Source of the DNA: Felis catus
Taxonomy: Eukaryota
Assembly (NCBI RefSeq): GCF_018350175.1
Contig: NC_058368.1
Location: forward strand, 217,126,001-217,190,000
Direction: 5' to 3'
Length of the DNA stretch: 64,000 nucleotides
Part shown: one piece after another, positions 37,392-50,730 of the stretch
Position numbering within the stretch: position 1 is the first letter of the stretch
How the letters are laid out: the number at the start of each line of letters is the position of its first letter
Notes under the pieces: model-generated
Database searches by the model: none
Told to the model about the DNA's origin: nothing
Seen by the model: the letters and a program-made list of their open reading frames with translations, nothing else
Made by a program: the position numbers and the translations under genes

Positions 37392-38074
37392 CAGCACTAT
37401 CCTAGAGCTAGTCCATCTCAGTCCATGAGAACTGGGAGTTAAATTTTCCCCAACTTTGCAATCCAGTTTTCAAATGGCTTAAGAATTAAATTGTATAAGT
37501 TATCGTTAAACAAATTGCATTAACAAGAAAACATCTATTCAAAACTCCTGTTCTTCTTCCCCCAACTTTACTATTTTCTATGTTCTTCAAGTTATTTATG
37601 TCTATGTTACCTGCATGTTGAAAATAATTATATGTTGTATTACTATGCATCTCTTCCCAACTCGTACTTTAATGACATCAGTTTGGCAGTTTGAAATCAG
37701 TCATGGTGGGAACATTCACACCACAGATATCAAAAACATACTACAGAACAGGGATAAATTACAATGTATTGTCTAGGCTTAGGAAAGTTGGAGAAAATGC
37801 TAATGAAGTAGGTTGAACTTCAAAGCGTCTGCAGTTATTACATTGTAAATACACACAAATACACCCCACAATGCCGAAAAATATATTCTCCCAGTATTCA
37901 AAAAAAAATCCAGATTAGCAAAAAGTTATTTGCATCTTGATGAATAAGCAGAGTTCTGACATTTTCATTGTTTCACTTTTTCTTACTTGTTAACATAAAG
38001 AAAAGTGTAAACCAACATTCTAACTGAACTGTATCTTGACAGTCAGTTGTTAAACATTAACCAGCACACCACTA
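37392..38074. mobile_element. MER63-like hAT-Blackjack DNA transposon
   Basis: gttgttaaacattaaccagcacaccacta terminus and internal ttgaaatcagtcatggtgggaacattcacaccac. Confidence 0.6.
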
Positions 38075-38132
38075 CTTTCCTCATTTAGGAAGCTTTTCTT
38101 TATAGTCTTCTTTCAAGAATCTCTTCATGATA

Positions 38133-38355
38133 AGGGCCCTTGGGTGGCTCAGTTGGTTAACTGCTTGACTCTTGGTTTCCGCCCAGTTCATGATCTCAGG
38201 GTTCATAAGTTCAAGCCCCACAGAGGGCTCTGTGCCAACAGTGTGGAGCCTGCTTGGGATTCTGTCTCTCTCCCTTCCTCTCTGTGCCTCTCCCCAACAT
38301 GAGTGTGCACTCTTAATCTCTCTCTCTCAAAATAAAGAAATAAACTAAAAAAAAT
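38133..38355 (+). mobile_element. CanSINE
   Basis: Head, (CT)n and A tail. Confidence 0.9.
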
Positions 38356-38369
38356 TCTTCACAATAACC

Positions 38370-39545
38370 TGTTATGGACTGAATATTTGTGTTTCCCCAA
38401 AATTCCTGTGTTGAAGTCCTAACCTCCAAAAATGACTACATTTGGAGATAGAGTCTGTAAGGAGGTGAGATAGGGTAAATGAGATCATAAGGATGAGGCC
38501 CTACTCTAGTAGGGCTGGTGCCCTTATAAGAAAAGGCAGAGGTACCAGAACTCTCTCTCTCTACTAGGGGAGGACACAGTGTAAAAGCAGTTGTGTATTA
38601 GCCAGAAGAGATCTCACCTGGAACCTAATTGGCCAGCACCTTGATTTTGAACCTTCCAGGCTGCAGAATTGTGGCAAATATATATTCGTCGTTTAAGCCA
38701 TCCAGTCAATGGTATACTAAACCCTTGGATTGTGAGTAACTTGTTCTGCGAGTGTTCTACAAGATGAGCAAAGATTTCTAATAAATTTTCACTTGATAAA
38801 TGAGTGATGTCTTGCCATACAAGTATTACGTGATGCTGAAAGTCATATGACCACAGCTGAGCCAGTGGTTCTTCCCTCTCTCTCTCTCTCTCTCTCACTA
38901 TGGGAATATGGGTGATCTTCTCCCATGCTTGTATGCTCTCTGTCAGACCACAGCGTTTGGCAGAAATCAGTGATTTTTCGGAATGTTGGAAGGTGCCCAC
39001 AACTGGCACTAGTGTATTTTTTGTCACTTCTAAGCACTTCTGGACAGCCCTTTGCTTTTCCATATAAGAGTAAGCTTAAGAATGCTTTGCTTCATTCTAG
39101 GTCCAACTGCCTGCAGATGGAGACCCTTTCCTCTGCTGCCTTATTGCCAGTTACATTAAATACCGCAGATGACAAGAGTTTATTAATACTTTACTGTATT
39201 CAACATCCATTAGTGATCGTGAAAGTCATCCTACACAATAGCCCTCCTCTCTTCTGTCTCCCTCACACCAGCCATGAAGGTTTGTAAAGGTAAGTGCAGG
39301 TTAATTTATTTTTGTTTATGTTTTGTATTTTCCTTATTATTTTATGTCATATGGCAGTATTGTAATCATTTTTATATGAATATTTTGGAGTTTGGACAAA
39401 TCATCTGAATCTCCCTCATTTCTTATGGGTAAATTCGCTTTGATATACAAGTGTTTGGGATTACAAACATGTTTCCAGAACAAATTATGCTCACAAACCA
39501 AGGTTTTACCATATTTTGTTATGGCAGTCTGGCCAGACTAAGATA
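38370..39545 (+). mobile_element. MaLR LTR (MLT1A/B) split by a DNA transposon
   Basis: tgttatggactgaat start, ...tttaagccatccagtcaatggta | ttttgttatggcagtctggccagactaagata end. Confidence 0.82.
38715..39511. mobile_element. TcMar/Tigger-like non-autonomous DNA transposon
   Basis: Degenerate TIRs (tactaaacccttggattgtgag / ctcacaaaccaaggttttacca) flanked by TA on both sides. Confidence 0.75.
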
Positions 39546-39959
39546 CTAACCTAATCTGGGCAAATGTACTTCCTAACTGTTCTCATTGCTCCCTTGCATA
39601 CTATTACAAGAAAACCTATTATTCTCCAGTGTAAATGTTTCTATTATTCAAAGACAGTTCAAATAGCTATTGGTTATATACCATGTAGTAAGTGTTTCCT
39701 AGATGCTGGGGAATAAGTCTTAAACAAGTTAAAAAAAGTTCTTTGTTTTTAGGAGGCTTATGCTCTAGTGTAGGCAGACAAAATAAATGAGTAAGATCAA
39801 TAAAAATAAGCTCACTTATGGGAGTGATAAGAAAATAAAGTAAAATTTGGCAATATTAAAGAAAGTGATTATAAAGAGAGGGAAATTTACATATCTGGTG
39901 GTGATGATTTGTTCTTTGAAATGAACACCATGGTTTGCTCTCTGGATTCCTAAATTTCT

Positions 39960-40340
39960 GCTTTCAAGAAGCAAATAGTCCTTTTGGTTTCTGAGCATAT
40001 TAGAGACTGCCTTTTAACAGCTGAGTATCCCTTGAAACATTAACCTTAGCTGAAGTGAGTTGCCTCTGTAAAGGAAAACCCCCTTCCTCGTGGCCAGCAT
40101 ACATCCAATGACTGGACAATAAATGGTTGAAGGGTCCTGGCCTCCTTGTCTCAATTCAGGCAATTCTGCTTGGTTATCCTGGTTTCAGAGCTCCCTGCGA
40201 GATTGGTTGGAGCTTTTGTATTACTGCACCATCAGCCAACTTTTTCCTGTATGACTGCTTCAGCAGCTGATTTCTTCCTCTGCCCAATCTTGCTTCCTTA
40301 ATTCTCCATAGCTGTTAATCCTGAAAGTATTTCCCTTGGA
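39960..40340 (+). mobile_element. ERVL LTR (LTR16A-like)
   Basis: cagagctccctgcgagattgg...actgcaccatcagccaac...ctctgcccaatcttgcttcctt...gttaatcctgaaagta. Confidence 0.65.
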
Positions 40341-41573
40341 TTATTTGACCTTGATTAATCACTGACCAACTGACCAGGAGATTCCCTTCATTGGTGGTGG
40401 GTGGACCATGGACAGACAGCTCTTGGTATGGGGTGGTGTTGAAATGTACAATTACTAAAACTTCCATGGGTGGTGAACTAAGATCACACACCACTGGAAG
40501 AAAACTCACTAGCTTGTATAAAGTAGCAGGTATCTTGAAATATAGGGAAAATTGTCATCATTAGGACAATGTAAGTGGATGGCTGTTACTGAGGACAACT
40601 GATGTAGTGAAGAAGGTTAATAAAAGATTAACTTGACAATGATTGATCAGCAATTAAATACTAAGAGTGGATATCATGAGAAGTCCTGGAAGCATATAAG
40701 TAGACTCTCAGGAAGCCAGAGTGCAGAAAGAGCTGAGCATCAAGCTTATAACACTAGAAAACACCTGAGTTAATACATTAGAAAACTTCTGAGAAGGTTG
40801 AATTTTCTATCTAGATATATCTGCGATACAAAGTCAAGGCAGTAATTAGAAGTGAATAAGGGACTGAGATATTGTATGAAGACTTATGTACGAAACAGTT
40901 AAAAAATCATAAATCTCAAAGATGTATCATACCCCTTGAGTCTGCGGAAGTGCCCCAATCTTATCAGTTAACTGCTAAAAGAGTTGAACTTATGTGAAGA
41001 GAATGCCTTATATGACAACATATTACGTGCTTAGAATCTGCCCCTACTTCCCTACTTCCCGTCCTGACCACCAGAACAAAACCAGGATGAAGATACAACA
41101 TAACCCTGTTTGGGAGGTACAGAGCAATGTTGAGAGCAAAGGAATCAGTTCCCAAAATGGGAAAAATAACAAGTCACCATTTATCAGAAGAAAGTGAGAG
41201 AATTTGGTTGCGATTAGATTCTGAGAGTACTGCACCAAGGGGAACAAAACATAGATAAGGAAACAGCTATCACACTAAGAGTACTCTCTCTCCCAGGATA
41301 CAGTAGTAAATACTTAGGCTAGTACTCTCAGAGATAGTGCTAACTCATTACTAGGATTGGTCTTAGACATTTGGAGAAAGCAAGTGAAATAGGGATTCCA
41401 TAACTGCTATGGCAGATGTTATAAGCATGATTAAAAATACCTGGAGATGTTGTTAAAAAGTACAAGCTTGCAACTGGAACATGAATGAGTTCTGGAAATC
41501 AAATGTACAGCATAGTGATTATAGTCAACAATGTTGTATGTAATTAATGAATTGAAAGGAAATGAAATGAAAC

Positions 41574-41649
41574 AAAATAAAATGAAATAAAATAAAGTAA
41601 AATAAAATAAAATAAAATAAAATAAAATAAAATAAAATAAAATAAAATA
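41574..41649. repeat. (AAAAT)n microsatellite, tail of a short L1 3' fragment (about 41440-41573)
   Basis: Direct reading. Upstream gagttctggaaatcaaatgtacagcatagtgattatagtcaacaat is L1 3'UTR-like. Confidence 0.85.
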
Positions 41650-42500
41650 CTTGGAGAAATGAGAATGTAGAAGTGAAATTCTGTGCAAAGCCAACAAATC
41701 GTTTCATGGACAAGCCCCAAAGGATATTCCATTTTCTAAAGTAATAAAAAATACAATAGTGAGTGAGGGAAGAATATCACTGAGAAGTTCAGAGGTTTCT
41801 GTCTTCTACAGTTTAGGACTGAGAATGGAAACTGTTGATAAACAACTCTTGTTCTGTGGTAGCAATGAGAGTGATCGTGTCCTGGTATCTCAGAGGCTAG
41901 ATGGCAGCACTTAACCATCAGAAAAAGGTAAGTACAGGTTTCAAGATGAGAAAGGGAGGATGAAAGGGAAAGAGGTGACTCATAGATAACTACGGAGATA
42001 GTTAACAGAATACAATGTCAATTGGGGCAAAAATGATGGCTCCAGTCAAAGAAAGAATTGCTCAATCTACCAAACTTAAGAAAAATAAAATATAAAAAAA
42101 TGGAAAGATAATGGGGCTGAAAATAGCCACTCCAAATAAAGCCATATACTTACCTCACCCAGTACTTCAACCATATTGTAGACTTGGAACCCACCGACTG
42201 AAAGAGTGGCCAGTCCCTTAAGGTAAAGAAAAAACCTGCAACACTATGTAAAGTGTATATGGTCATAGTTCTTCCTGATAGGATCCTACAGGTATTTAGG
42301 TAACCAGCACTAGGAAAAGAGCAATGCCCAAAACTTTTGAAAACTGTTCAGCTCTCAAAGGGCCCAGTTGACATTGATAACCAGAGATCCTACTGTTAGA
42401 ATATAGCTAATGGGAGTTCAGTCAAGAAATAGTGTGTTGGGACAGGTTGGACTCACAGTAGGTCCGTTGGGTTCAAGGACTTACAGCTATTTCCACTTTA

Positions 42501-42584
42501 TACACACACACACACACGCACACACGCACACACACACACTATATATATATATATGTATATACATATATATATATATATGTATAT
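42501..42584. repeat. Compound (CA)n(TA)n microsatellite
   Basis: Direct reading of the sequence. Confidence 0.95.
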
Positions 42585-43439
42585 AATTTGCATGGACATT
42601 GGTAATAGTTGTAAGAAAGCCCTTACTGATTCCTTGGCTAGTAGGATACAATTTCTAGGCAAGTAGAAGCATCAGTAAGTGCTATTATATTATTATAGAT
42701 ATCAAAAGTAATATAGTATTATAAAACAGGGATAAAAATCAGAGATTGAGGATTCTTAAAGACTTAAGTGAAACAGATGATATTTCCTATTGAATCTTAT
42801 TGGTAATTTGCCAGTCTGGCCCTTTCAAAAAACATTCTGGAGAATAAAGGTAGATGAATGTCAACCCAAGGAAATCATAGATCCAATTATAGCTTCTATT
42901 CCGATATAGCGTATCTGCTAAAGTAGATTGGCAATACCGCAGCTATATGTTAGGTGGATGGACATTGGCCCAGGAGCTGCAACTTTTTTCCCCATTCCTA
43001 CGATAAAACTAGAGCCTCAAAAATTACATTCATGTGGAATACATAGCAGTGTAAATTTATATTAACTCTCATGCCCTCTGTCATAAGAGTCAAGAGATCT
43101 CAATCAACTGAACATGACAGAATATCACATTGTTCCACTGTAATGTAGTGAGTACATTAACTGATCAAACCAGAAAGCAGCAAGCATGTTGGGACAGAAG
43201 TCATGAGATAAAACATACTGTTTTAGGTGCCATGGAGTATGCCTGGACTCACCTCCAAAATAAAAGACAGATTATTGCACTTACTTCCATCTACCATAAA
43301 GAAGGAAACAGTGCTTAATTAGAGAAATCAATATTTTCTTGCTAATATTTCAGGGTGAATCATTTTATATTTTGAGGAGAATGGATTATAACATACAATA
43401 ATGGAAACTTAGAGATCAATTATTACAGAATTCTATTTT

Positions 43440-44420
43440 AAAAAATATTGAGGAGATGTCTACAATGGGAACAATTGGAGTGTAAAGAATTGGAGAATGT
43501 GTGATACATTTTAGGGGCTTAGCTGGAAGGCTTTCTATTATATTTGATGTAGGAGATCAGAATAATAAGAGACCAAGGATGCTATACAAATTCTTAAATT
43601 AGTGAATTCTGTAGATAGAAATGATACCCAATAAAACATAGAAGACTTTTGAAGAAATATTTAGAGCATTTTAAATTGAATTTACTTGAGGAACATCCAA
43701 GTGAAAATAATATAGAAGAATTGAATTTCTAAATCTGAAATACATACATACAAAATACGTATACATATATGATGTGGAATCCATGTGGAATTCTAAGCAC
43801 ATATTCAGTATTGAACCTCAGGAGCCTGAAGGAGCTCACTTTATTTTGTGAAAGAAAGGAGTTCAAGAATGACTTTTTAGTTACTGCAACAAAGTCTGAT
43901 AAAAGGAATAGAATGAGCAAGAGATTCTAAGACAGAAAAGCCAGTAAGTAAGAGAACAATGCAGTGTTATGGAATTCAAGACAGATAGTATGTTTAAAGA
44001 TAAATGGAATAATAAACTATATTCAGTATAGTTGACAGGTGGAGTAAAATATGAACAAAAATCTGATCATGGGATTTGACATTGAGAATCGCACTTTCAA
44101 GTTCAGTTCAATGGGAGGGATAAAAAGTCAGATTATAAACATTTAGAGAACAGTCATTGAGTGAAGTCGAATTAAAGACAGCAATGACGATTCTTTGGAA
44201 GCATTTTTCTTTAAAGGGACAGTTGATAAAATTGGAGCTATTGATATGGGAGGTTGTCTAAATGTCAGGATAAGAAAACTTTCCAATTTTGCTTCTTTTC
44301 AAATATGGTGAACCAGGACCTGTTTATTTGCTGTTTGAAATAATCAGCAAATAAAGGCAAACAAAGGAAGAGGGAATAATTATAAGAATCATGTCCTTTC
44401 AACACCTAAATGGGATGGAA
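43440..44420 (-). mobile_element. L2 remnant
   Basis: Purine-rich degenerate L2-like motifs (gaacatccaagtgaaaata, ctgatcatgggatttgaca, gttcagttcaatgg). Confidence 0.45.
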
Positions 44421-45824
44421 TCCAGAGAAAAAGGGTAGAAGCATCATAATTCCTATTATCGTATTAACAGGAAACAAATCAACTGCAAGTTAATGGCCAT
44501 CCTCCTGGCTATATTTTCTGTAAGACAACACAAATCATTTTACTGTGATATTATGTATATATAGTTCAGTTTTATTACTCTCTATGAAACCCACACTTAA
44601 GGAAACCCACACTTAACATTTGGTCTTTATTCTACTTCCATGGATTTTATTTGTCTATAGTTCCTCTGAACAAGCAATAGTATCCACCTACATATATCAA
44701 CTCACCTCATGTCACCAGTAAAAAGTATAGTCTTTTTTATTCTCAAAAATGTGTAAGGTCTTTTTTCTACTTTCATTTTTTCTTTCTATTTATTGCAGTG
44801 TGTTATTGCTTCCAATTGTTCCTCCAGATATTTGAATATTTATTTTGTTTGCTTGCACCATATTCCATTTCACAGCACCCCTCTCTCCCCATATATAATA
44901 GAGTCACTATAGAAGACTGTCCCATACAAGTGATTTGTAATGAGCGAGGCCTTCACATGCATGCACTATTTTCTAGGATCTCACTGTGGGAAGCCTTTCA
45001 CTTGCCATTCAATTTTGTGCAAGACATATTGATGTCAAAGAATAATGTTTTCTAAAAAGTTAGACTGTCAAAGTTGGGAACTTTCCATCTTAGAGAAGAA
45101 TGGATAGACAACCATTTGACTAGGTGGCTTAGTCTAAAATGTAATCTTAGAGATTTATACTACAAGTGTAGTACAATATATGAAGACTCCGGGTTTTTTT
45201 ATATGCTCTTCTGGTAATATAACTGTTCCAGCTTTCGAACATGGTAAACCCTCCAAAAGACAGTTGACTTCACCTTTGTTCACAGTGAAAACTGCTTCTT
45301 TCTCTCCACAGATTTCTGATCATCCTTTAAAAAATTAGTAAAGAACTAATTTTGCAAACAAAAAGCACAGGGCTTCTTCCCTAATACATGTTTTATAGAA
45401 ATAAAAGATTTAAAATAGTATATTATTCATCATTTATTAAATTTTTACTTCATGACTCTTCAAAAACATTTGCTGAAATACCATTTGTTGTTACGTAAAC
45501 AATTAATAATGTTATTTAAATAAAGCATTATCTATAGCCTTTATAATTTTATTTGTACATTTATAGTCATCCAACAAAAATGTTAACATTAATTTCACAG
45601 GGAAAGTTTGAAATTTCAAAAACATCTATAATTCTAAATATATTTGAGGTAGTAATGCTACACTTTCTGACAAAGTTATTCCAACTATACCAAATATCAT
45701 CTAATATCAAAGTGAGATAAGTTAATTTTAGTCAAAAAGATGTGCAGTACTCTTGTTGAAGTAAAGATATTTAAATGGACCAATATAAAAAGTTGGCCAT
45801 CAAAGATCTGAGATTTACACTTAC

Positions 45825-46068
45825 AAGAAATGCCCTGGATCACTGAATTGTCATTAGTTTTACAACACATAAAAAGACATTTATGGCATAATACGTTGTT
45901 ATTATGTAAGTTCAGATCACGTTTTGGATGTTCATTGACTTTATTTCCCTGGTTTTCATTCTTTCCCTTCTCTTTGTGGCATATCTTATTTATCTTTTCA
46001 AAATCCCAATGAACGTGGTATTCCTTAACTGAAGTGATATCCTCTTTACTATTCTGAACCAAGAAAAT
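45825..46068 (-). CDS. Candidate internal coding exon (244 nt, 81 codons + 1) of an unrecognised gene
   Basis: Lies inside the 145-codon stop-free frame 45697-46134 in AT-rich sequence I do not recognise as a repeat. Acceptor tttgtcaccacttcag|, donor CTT|GTAAGT. The other two minus-strand frames are closed. Confidence 0.35.
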
Positions 46069-47489
46069 CTGAAGTGGTGACAAACTTAATGATTTTGAGT
46101 TTTTAACAAACACTGCGTTCAATTTTAATTCCAACCAAAACGATCCTGGTTATAATATTACATTACAACTAAATAGAGGAGCAAATATCAATATAAATAT
46201 TTGAAAGTGATTACATGATTCTAAATTTAATTGGTATTGGTATGAGTGAGAGTGTGTGTTTGTATCTTACTCTGTGTCTCAGATACACGGAATACCATAT
46301 TACCTGCCATCCATGTATGATAAATAAACTTTGTTCAGTGATCCCTTTGAGAACAGTTCTCTTACAATACTTTTAGGAGCTTTGCTACGATACAAGAAAA
46401 AAAATGATTGGCTGGCATAACAAAAATCATGGAAATTTTTAAATGTGATGTTTCCTAGAATTCAATCATAGCTGAATAAATCAGACAGTATAACGTGTGA
46501 GGGGGAAAAAAAAAGCAATATTTAGTATCTCCATATTCTTGGTATATTAAAAACTGATAGGTTTATATCTTCATCCCTCAGTATACTATTAAAAATGTAT
46601 TACTCCTTAATATTAAATATGTCTTGGAAAACTCTTTCTTTGATTGTTATACTTGGTGAATTTGAGCTCAATTTAATAACTTACCAACCATTTTGTGTGA
46701 GGTTACATAACTGAGAAAATAAAGATGTTTCTAACATTCTCTTCTACAATTTCAATAAAGAAGAATTCCAATTGATGTGAGTGATAAATAAAACTAATAC
46801 TATAATACTGAATCCTGTGCAAAAACTCTTTGCTAGGTTAAATAGGAAGGAATTAGGTATTTTTAATGCTTCAAACTTTAGTAAAATTTAATAATCTGGC
46901 CAAACATACTTGCAAGGGCTATTTTTGCAATCCGGTTTTCTTTTGAAATTGACATATACTTTAACTTAATATTGCTGAAATTAAGGGTAATTTCTACAAA
47001 TCAAATCATTTTAAAAAGAATTCAATATTGTAACAATATTTATTACTAAATCCCAATATGAAATTATCTCTGAACAAGAATAATTTTAATTCAGTGTGAA
47101 ATCTTTTCTCCTTTACTTTAAAATTTTTTCTTTCTCTGTCTTCTTTTCTCCTTCCTTCCCTACTTCCCTCTTCCTTCGTTTTCTTTTTTCTTTTCTTTTC
47201 TCTTCTTAACAAATAATTTAGACTTCTTGACAGCAAAGAGGATAGGTAGCCAAGTAAAAACTGTATGGAATATGAAGAGAAAATATTTATTGTAAGCTAA
47301 GTTGGCATTAATTAGATACAAGGTGACTAGGACAGGACATGGGCATGTGGAAATACATGCAAGTGAGGAATCAGGGCAAAATCAAATAATTTCATGAGCT
47401 AGCATTGATGGAGTGTGATCTGCATTGCATAAAGGTCATATTGAAATGAGGGCACAGATTATAACAAATCCTGGCACTATTACAAGGAT

Positions 47490-47541
47490 ATTTTTTTTTA
47501 AGAGATAGAGCATGCATGCAAGTGGTTGAGGGACAGAAGGA

Positions 47542-47581
<40 letters not shown>

Positions 47582-47717
47582 ATCCTAACCAGGCTCCATA
47601 CTCAGTGGGGAGCCTGATGCAGGGCTTGATTTCACAACCGACCTTGAGATCATGACCTGAGTCTAAATCAGAAATCAGGAGTCAGTCCCTTAACCGAGTG
47701 AGCCAACCAGGCACCCC
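47490..47717 (-). mobile_element. CanSINE
   Basis: (GA)n, gagatcatgacctgag, head ending caggcacccc. Confidence 0.9.
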
Positions 47718-47819
47718 AAGGAATTTTACTGTTAGTATGAAAATATGAATGGGAAAATCAAAGTATTATAAGAAAGAAAATTACAAGATTGTAATTTTTT
47801 TAAGAAAATCTCTGGCTTT

Positions 47820-48040
47820 GGGGAGCCTGGGTGGTTCAGTCAGTGTCTTCTTGATTTCGACTCAGATCATGATCTCCCCATTTGTCAGTTTGAGTTCTGG
47901 GTAGGAGGGCTCCATGCTGACAGTACTGAGCCTGCTTGGGATTCTCTCACTCTCCCCCTCCCCCCCCAAATGCTACCTCTGTCTCTCAAAATAAATAAAT
48001 AAATAAACTTCTTTTTAAAAATTAAAAAAAAATTGAAAAA
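47820..48040 (+). mobile_element. CanSINE
   Basis: TSD aaaatctctggct. Confidence 0.88.
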
Positions 48041-48619
48041 AATCTCTGGCTCTCTTATTTAGTAAATTATACAGTGCCTATGGAAAGGCACTATAAATTG
48101 CTATAAAAATAGGATGGTTTTGGAGACTAAAATATTATAGAACAACAATAAAAATGCAAATAAAACATTAAAAATAATTTCAAAAATAGGCACATATATA
48201 CATACACATAGGTATATACACATTACAGCATTATATTTCCTTTATAGAGAAATAAAATTATTTTCCCTCTAATGAGTAAATTATTGTAACAAGTATTTCA
48301 GTAATTTATCTAAATAGGATTCTCATTCATGACATCTACAAAAACTGTCTATTTTCAGTAATTTCTTATATCACCCACTACTCTTCCCAGTCTACAAGCA
48401 GTGTCTTACAATCTTCGAATTTTCTCTTTTTCTTAATTTGCTATAGGTTCAGTCAAGAAATCCTATTGAATTTCTATCCTTAATAGATTTTAGTTGTGTT
48501 TCTTTTGTTCACTCACCTTGGTGATTAGAACAGATGCATATTGTTATATACTATTTTCCATAGCTTCCATAATTATTGATGGAATTCAGCTAGACTTCAT
48601 GTCTTCAGTTCCACCACTT

Positions 48620-48833
48620 AAAAAAACAATTCAATGTTTATTTATTTTTGAGAGAGACAGAAACAGAGCACAAGCCGGGGAGGGCCAGGGAGAAGGAGAC
48701 CCAGAATCTAAAGCAGGCTCTAGATTTTTAGCTCTCAGCCCAGAGCCCAACTTATGGCTCACATTCATGAACCATGAGATCATGATCTGAGCCAAACCCA
48801 GACACTTAACCAACTGAGCCTCCCAAGCAACCC
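48620..48833 (-). mobile_element. CanSINE
   Basis: Reverse SINE body. Confidence 0.9.
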
Positions 48834-49005
48834 ATTAGCTCTACCACTTGTCCACTCTGTCTTCCATGTTACTGTCAGTTTAGTATCCAAAACACAGACC
48901 AACACATCTGTCTCCTATTTACACCCTTTCAGTTCTCTTGCCTTTGTAAATACGAATTTTCAGAGTGTGTTCTGTTTATTATTGTCTTGAGCTCCCTTAA
49001 CTCTT

Positions 49006-49189
49006 CTTTTTAAGTGTATTTATTTATTTCGATGGGGCAGAGGCAGAGGGAAAGGGTAAGAGAGAATCCCAAGCAGGCTCCACACTGTGCATGGAGCCCA
49101 ACGTAGGGCTCAGTCACACAACCCTGAGATCATGACCTGAGACGATATCTAGAGTTGGACGCTTAACCGACGGAACCACCCAGGTGCCC
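49006..49189 (-). mobile_element. CanSINE
   Basis: TSD gagctc(c/t)cttaac. Confidence 0.9.
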
Positions 49190-50207
49190 GAGCTCTCTTA
49201 ACGCTTTAGCTTTGTATTGTCACTATTCTTCCCATACCTGTGTTTTGGTAATATTAAGCTAATTGCACTTTACCTACTGGATAATTGTTTTGGCTTCATT
49301 TCTTAGCTCATGTTCTTCCTTTGACCAAAATCTTCCTTTACTTCCTTCTTATTTCATTTGGCTAAAAGATACCTATCCTCTAAGGTTCAATTATAAATAT
49401 ATTCCCCTCACACAATGCTTTAAGAACCACTTCAGATTAAGTATATTTTCTATGTGTGCCAATAGAACCTTAGAGCTACAAGTGAAGCTGCTCGATATCT
49501 TACTAAATAAATCACAATGCAATTTTAAGCACCCTTAGGCCATTTTTTTCTTATCACTTATTAATATTTTGTAGACTTCTATCACTTACATCCTTTGAAG
49601 TCTATTCTGAATCAATTATAAGTGCACAAATATCACCCTTTAAAGTACCTTCAAAATATTTCTTTTAAAATTCATAAGACAAACACAAGTCCAACTTTAT
49701 GCTTGCCCACAACCCTGTTTGCTAGTGTTCTGACATCTTCAGAAAGTGTTTCCTGAAAAAGACAGCTGAGACACTGTTTAATAAAAGAAGAAGGAAAATG
49801 CAAGTTTATAAAAGATGAAAACTCCTGCAGTTAGAAAATAACCTCTCTATTCTTTGCAGCCTGCTGGGCACACACATAATCTCTAATTTACACTGTTGTA
49901 TTTTTGAAACTATATCCTTTTTCCTAGGAGATATGCATTCTTTGGTAGACTTCATACTAACAATCACAGATTATCTATATATAATATCCTAAGGTATACC
50001 CCTGAAGTCCTCTGAAAAACCCTAGATTGTATGTAAAGTTTTATATCTCCATGATCTCAGTAAACTTAGGTCCTTCAAATTTAAGCATTAAATAATGAAG
50101 CACATCATAAAATGAGACAAAAGAAGTGAAACTCTTTTCTTTATTTTGGATAGCATGGCCTGTTTAAAATAATTTGGTTAAATATTTTACTGAACTACAA
50201 AAAGTTT

Positions 50208-50282
50208 AGATCCCTTCAACCACCTGTTACTCACAGAGACTTGTTGAGATCCCTTCAACAACCTGTTACTCACAGAGACTTG
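50208..50282 (+). repeat. 36-bp direct duplication (period 39)
   Basis: agatcccttcaac(c/a)acctgttactcacagagacttg twice. Confidence 0.95.
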
Positions 50283-50522
50283 CATTTCAATCTTAAGACC
50301 ATAGCAGTGTTTTATGGATTCTCTATGCCAAATCACACGGAACCTATGAGAGCAAATAGGGAATTTATGACAGTATAGCGATGGTCAGTCAATAAATCTA
50401 GACTCTTGCCCTAATAGGCTTTTGAAAGACCAACTACATTGGGCAGTGTCTTCTTATTGCATACATTTCCTGGTTGACAAAATGCACATTTTAAAATTGT
50501 AATCAGCTTACATAAAACATCC

Positions 50523-50730
50523 TTTTTCTTTTAATGTTTATTTTTGAGAAAGACAGAGTGCAAGTGAGGGAAGGGCAGAGAGAGAGAGACACACACAGAA
50601 GAATCTGAAGCAGGGTCCAGACTCTGAGCTGTCAGTGCAAAGCCCGATGTGGAGCTTGAACTCACAACCCATGAGATCATGACCTGTGCCAAAGTCAGAT
50701 GCTTAACTAGCTGAGCCACCAGGAGCCCCC
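50523..50730 (-). mobile_element. CanSINE
   Basis: Reverse SINE body. Confidence 0.9.

Larger units (their letters stand above)
40341..43320 (+). mobile_element. Degenerate ERVL internal region (ERV3-16A3-like gag/pro/pol remnants)
   Basis: Follows the LTR16-like LTR. Decayed retroviral motifs such as ttgacattgataaccagagatcc and ccagtctggccctttcaaaaaac. No long ORF. Confidence 0.55.

Noticed and set aside
38614..39063. 149-aa ORF
   Set aside because: Spans the MLT1/DNA-transposon junction and a (GA)n tract; no transposase similarity.
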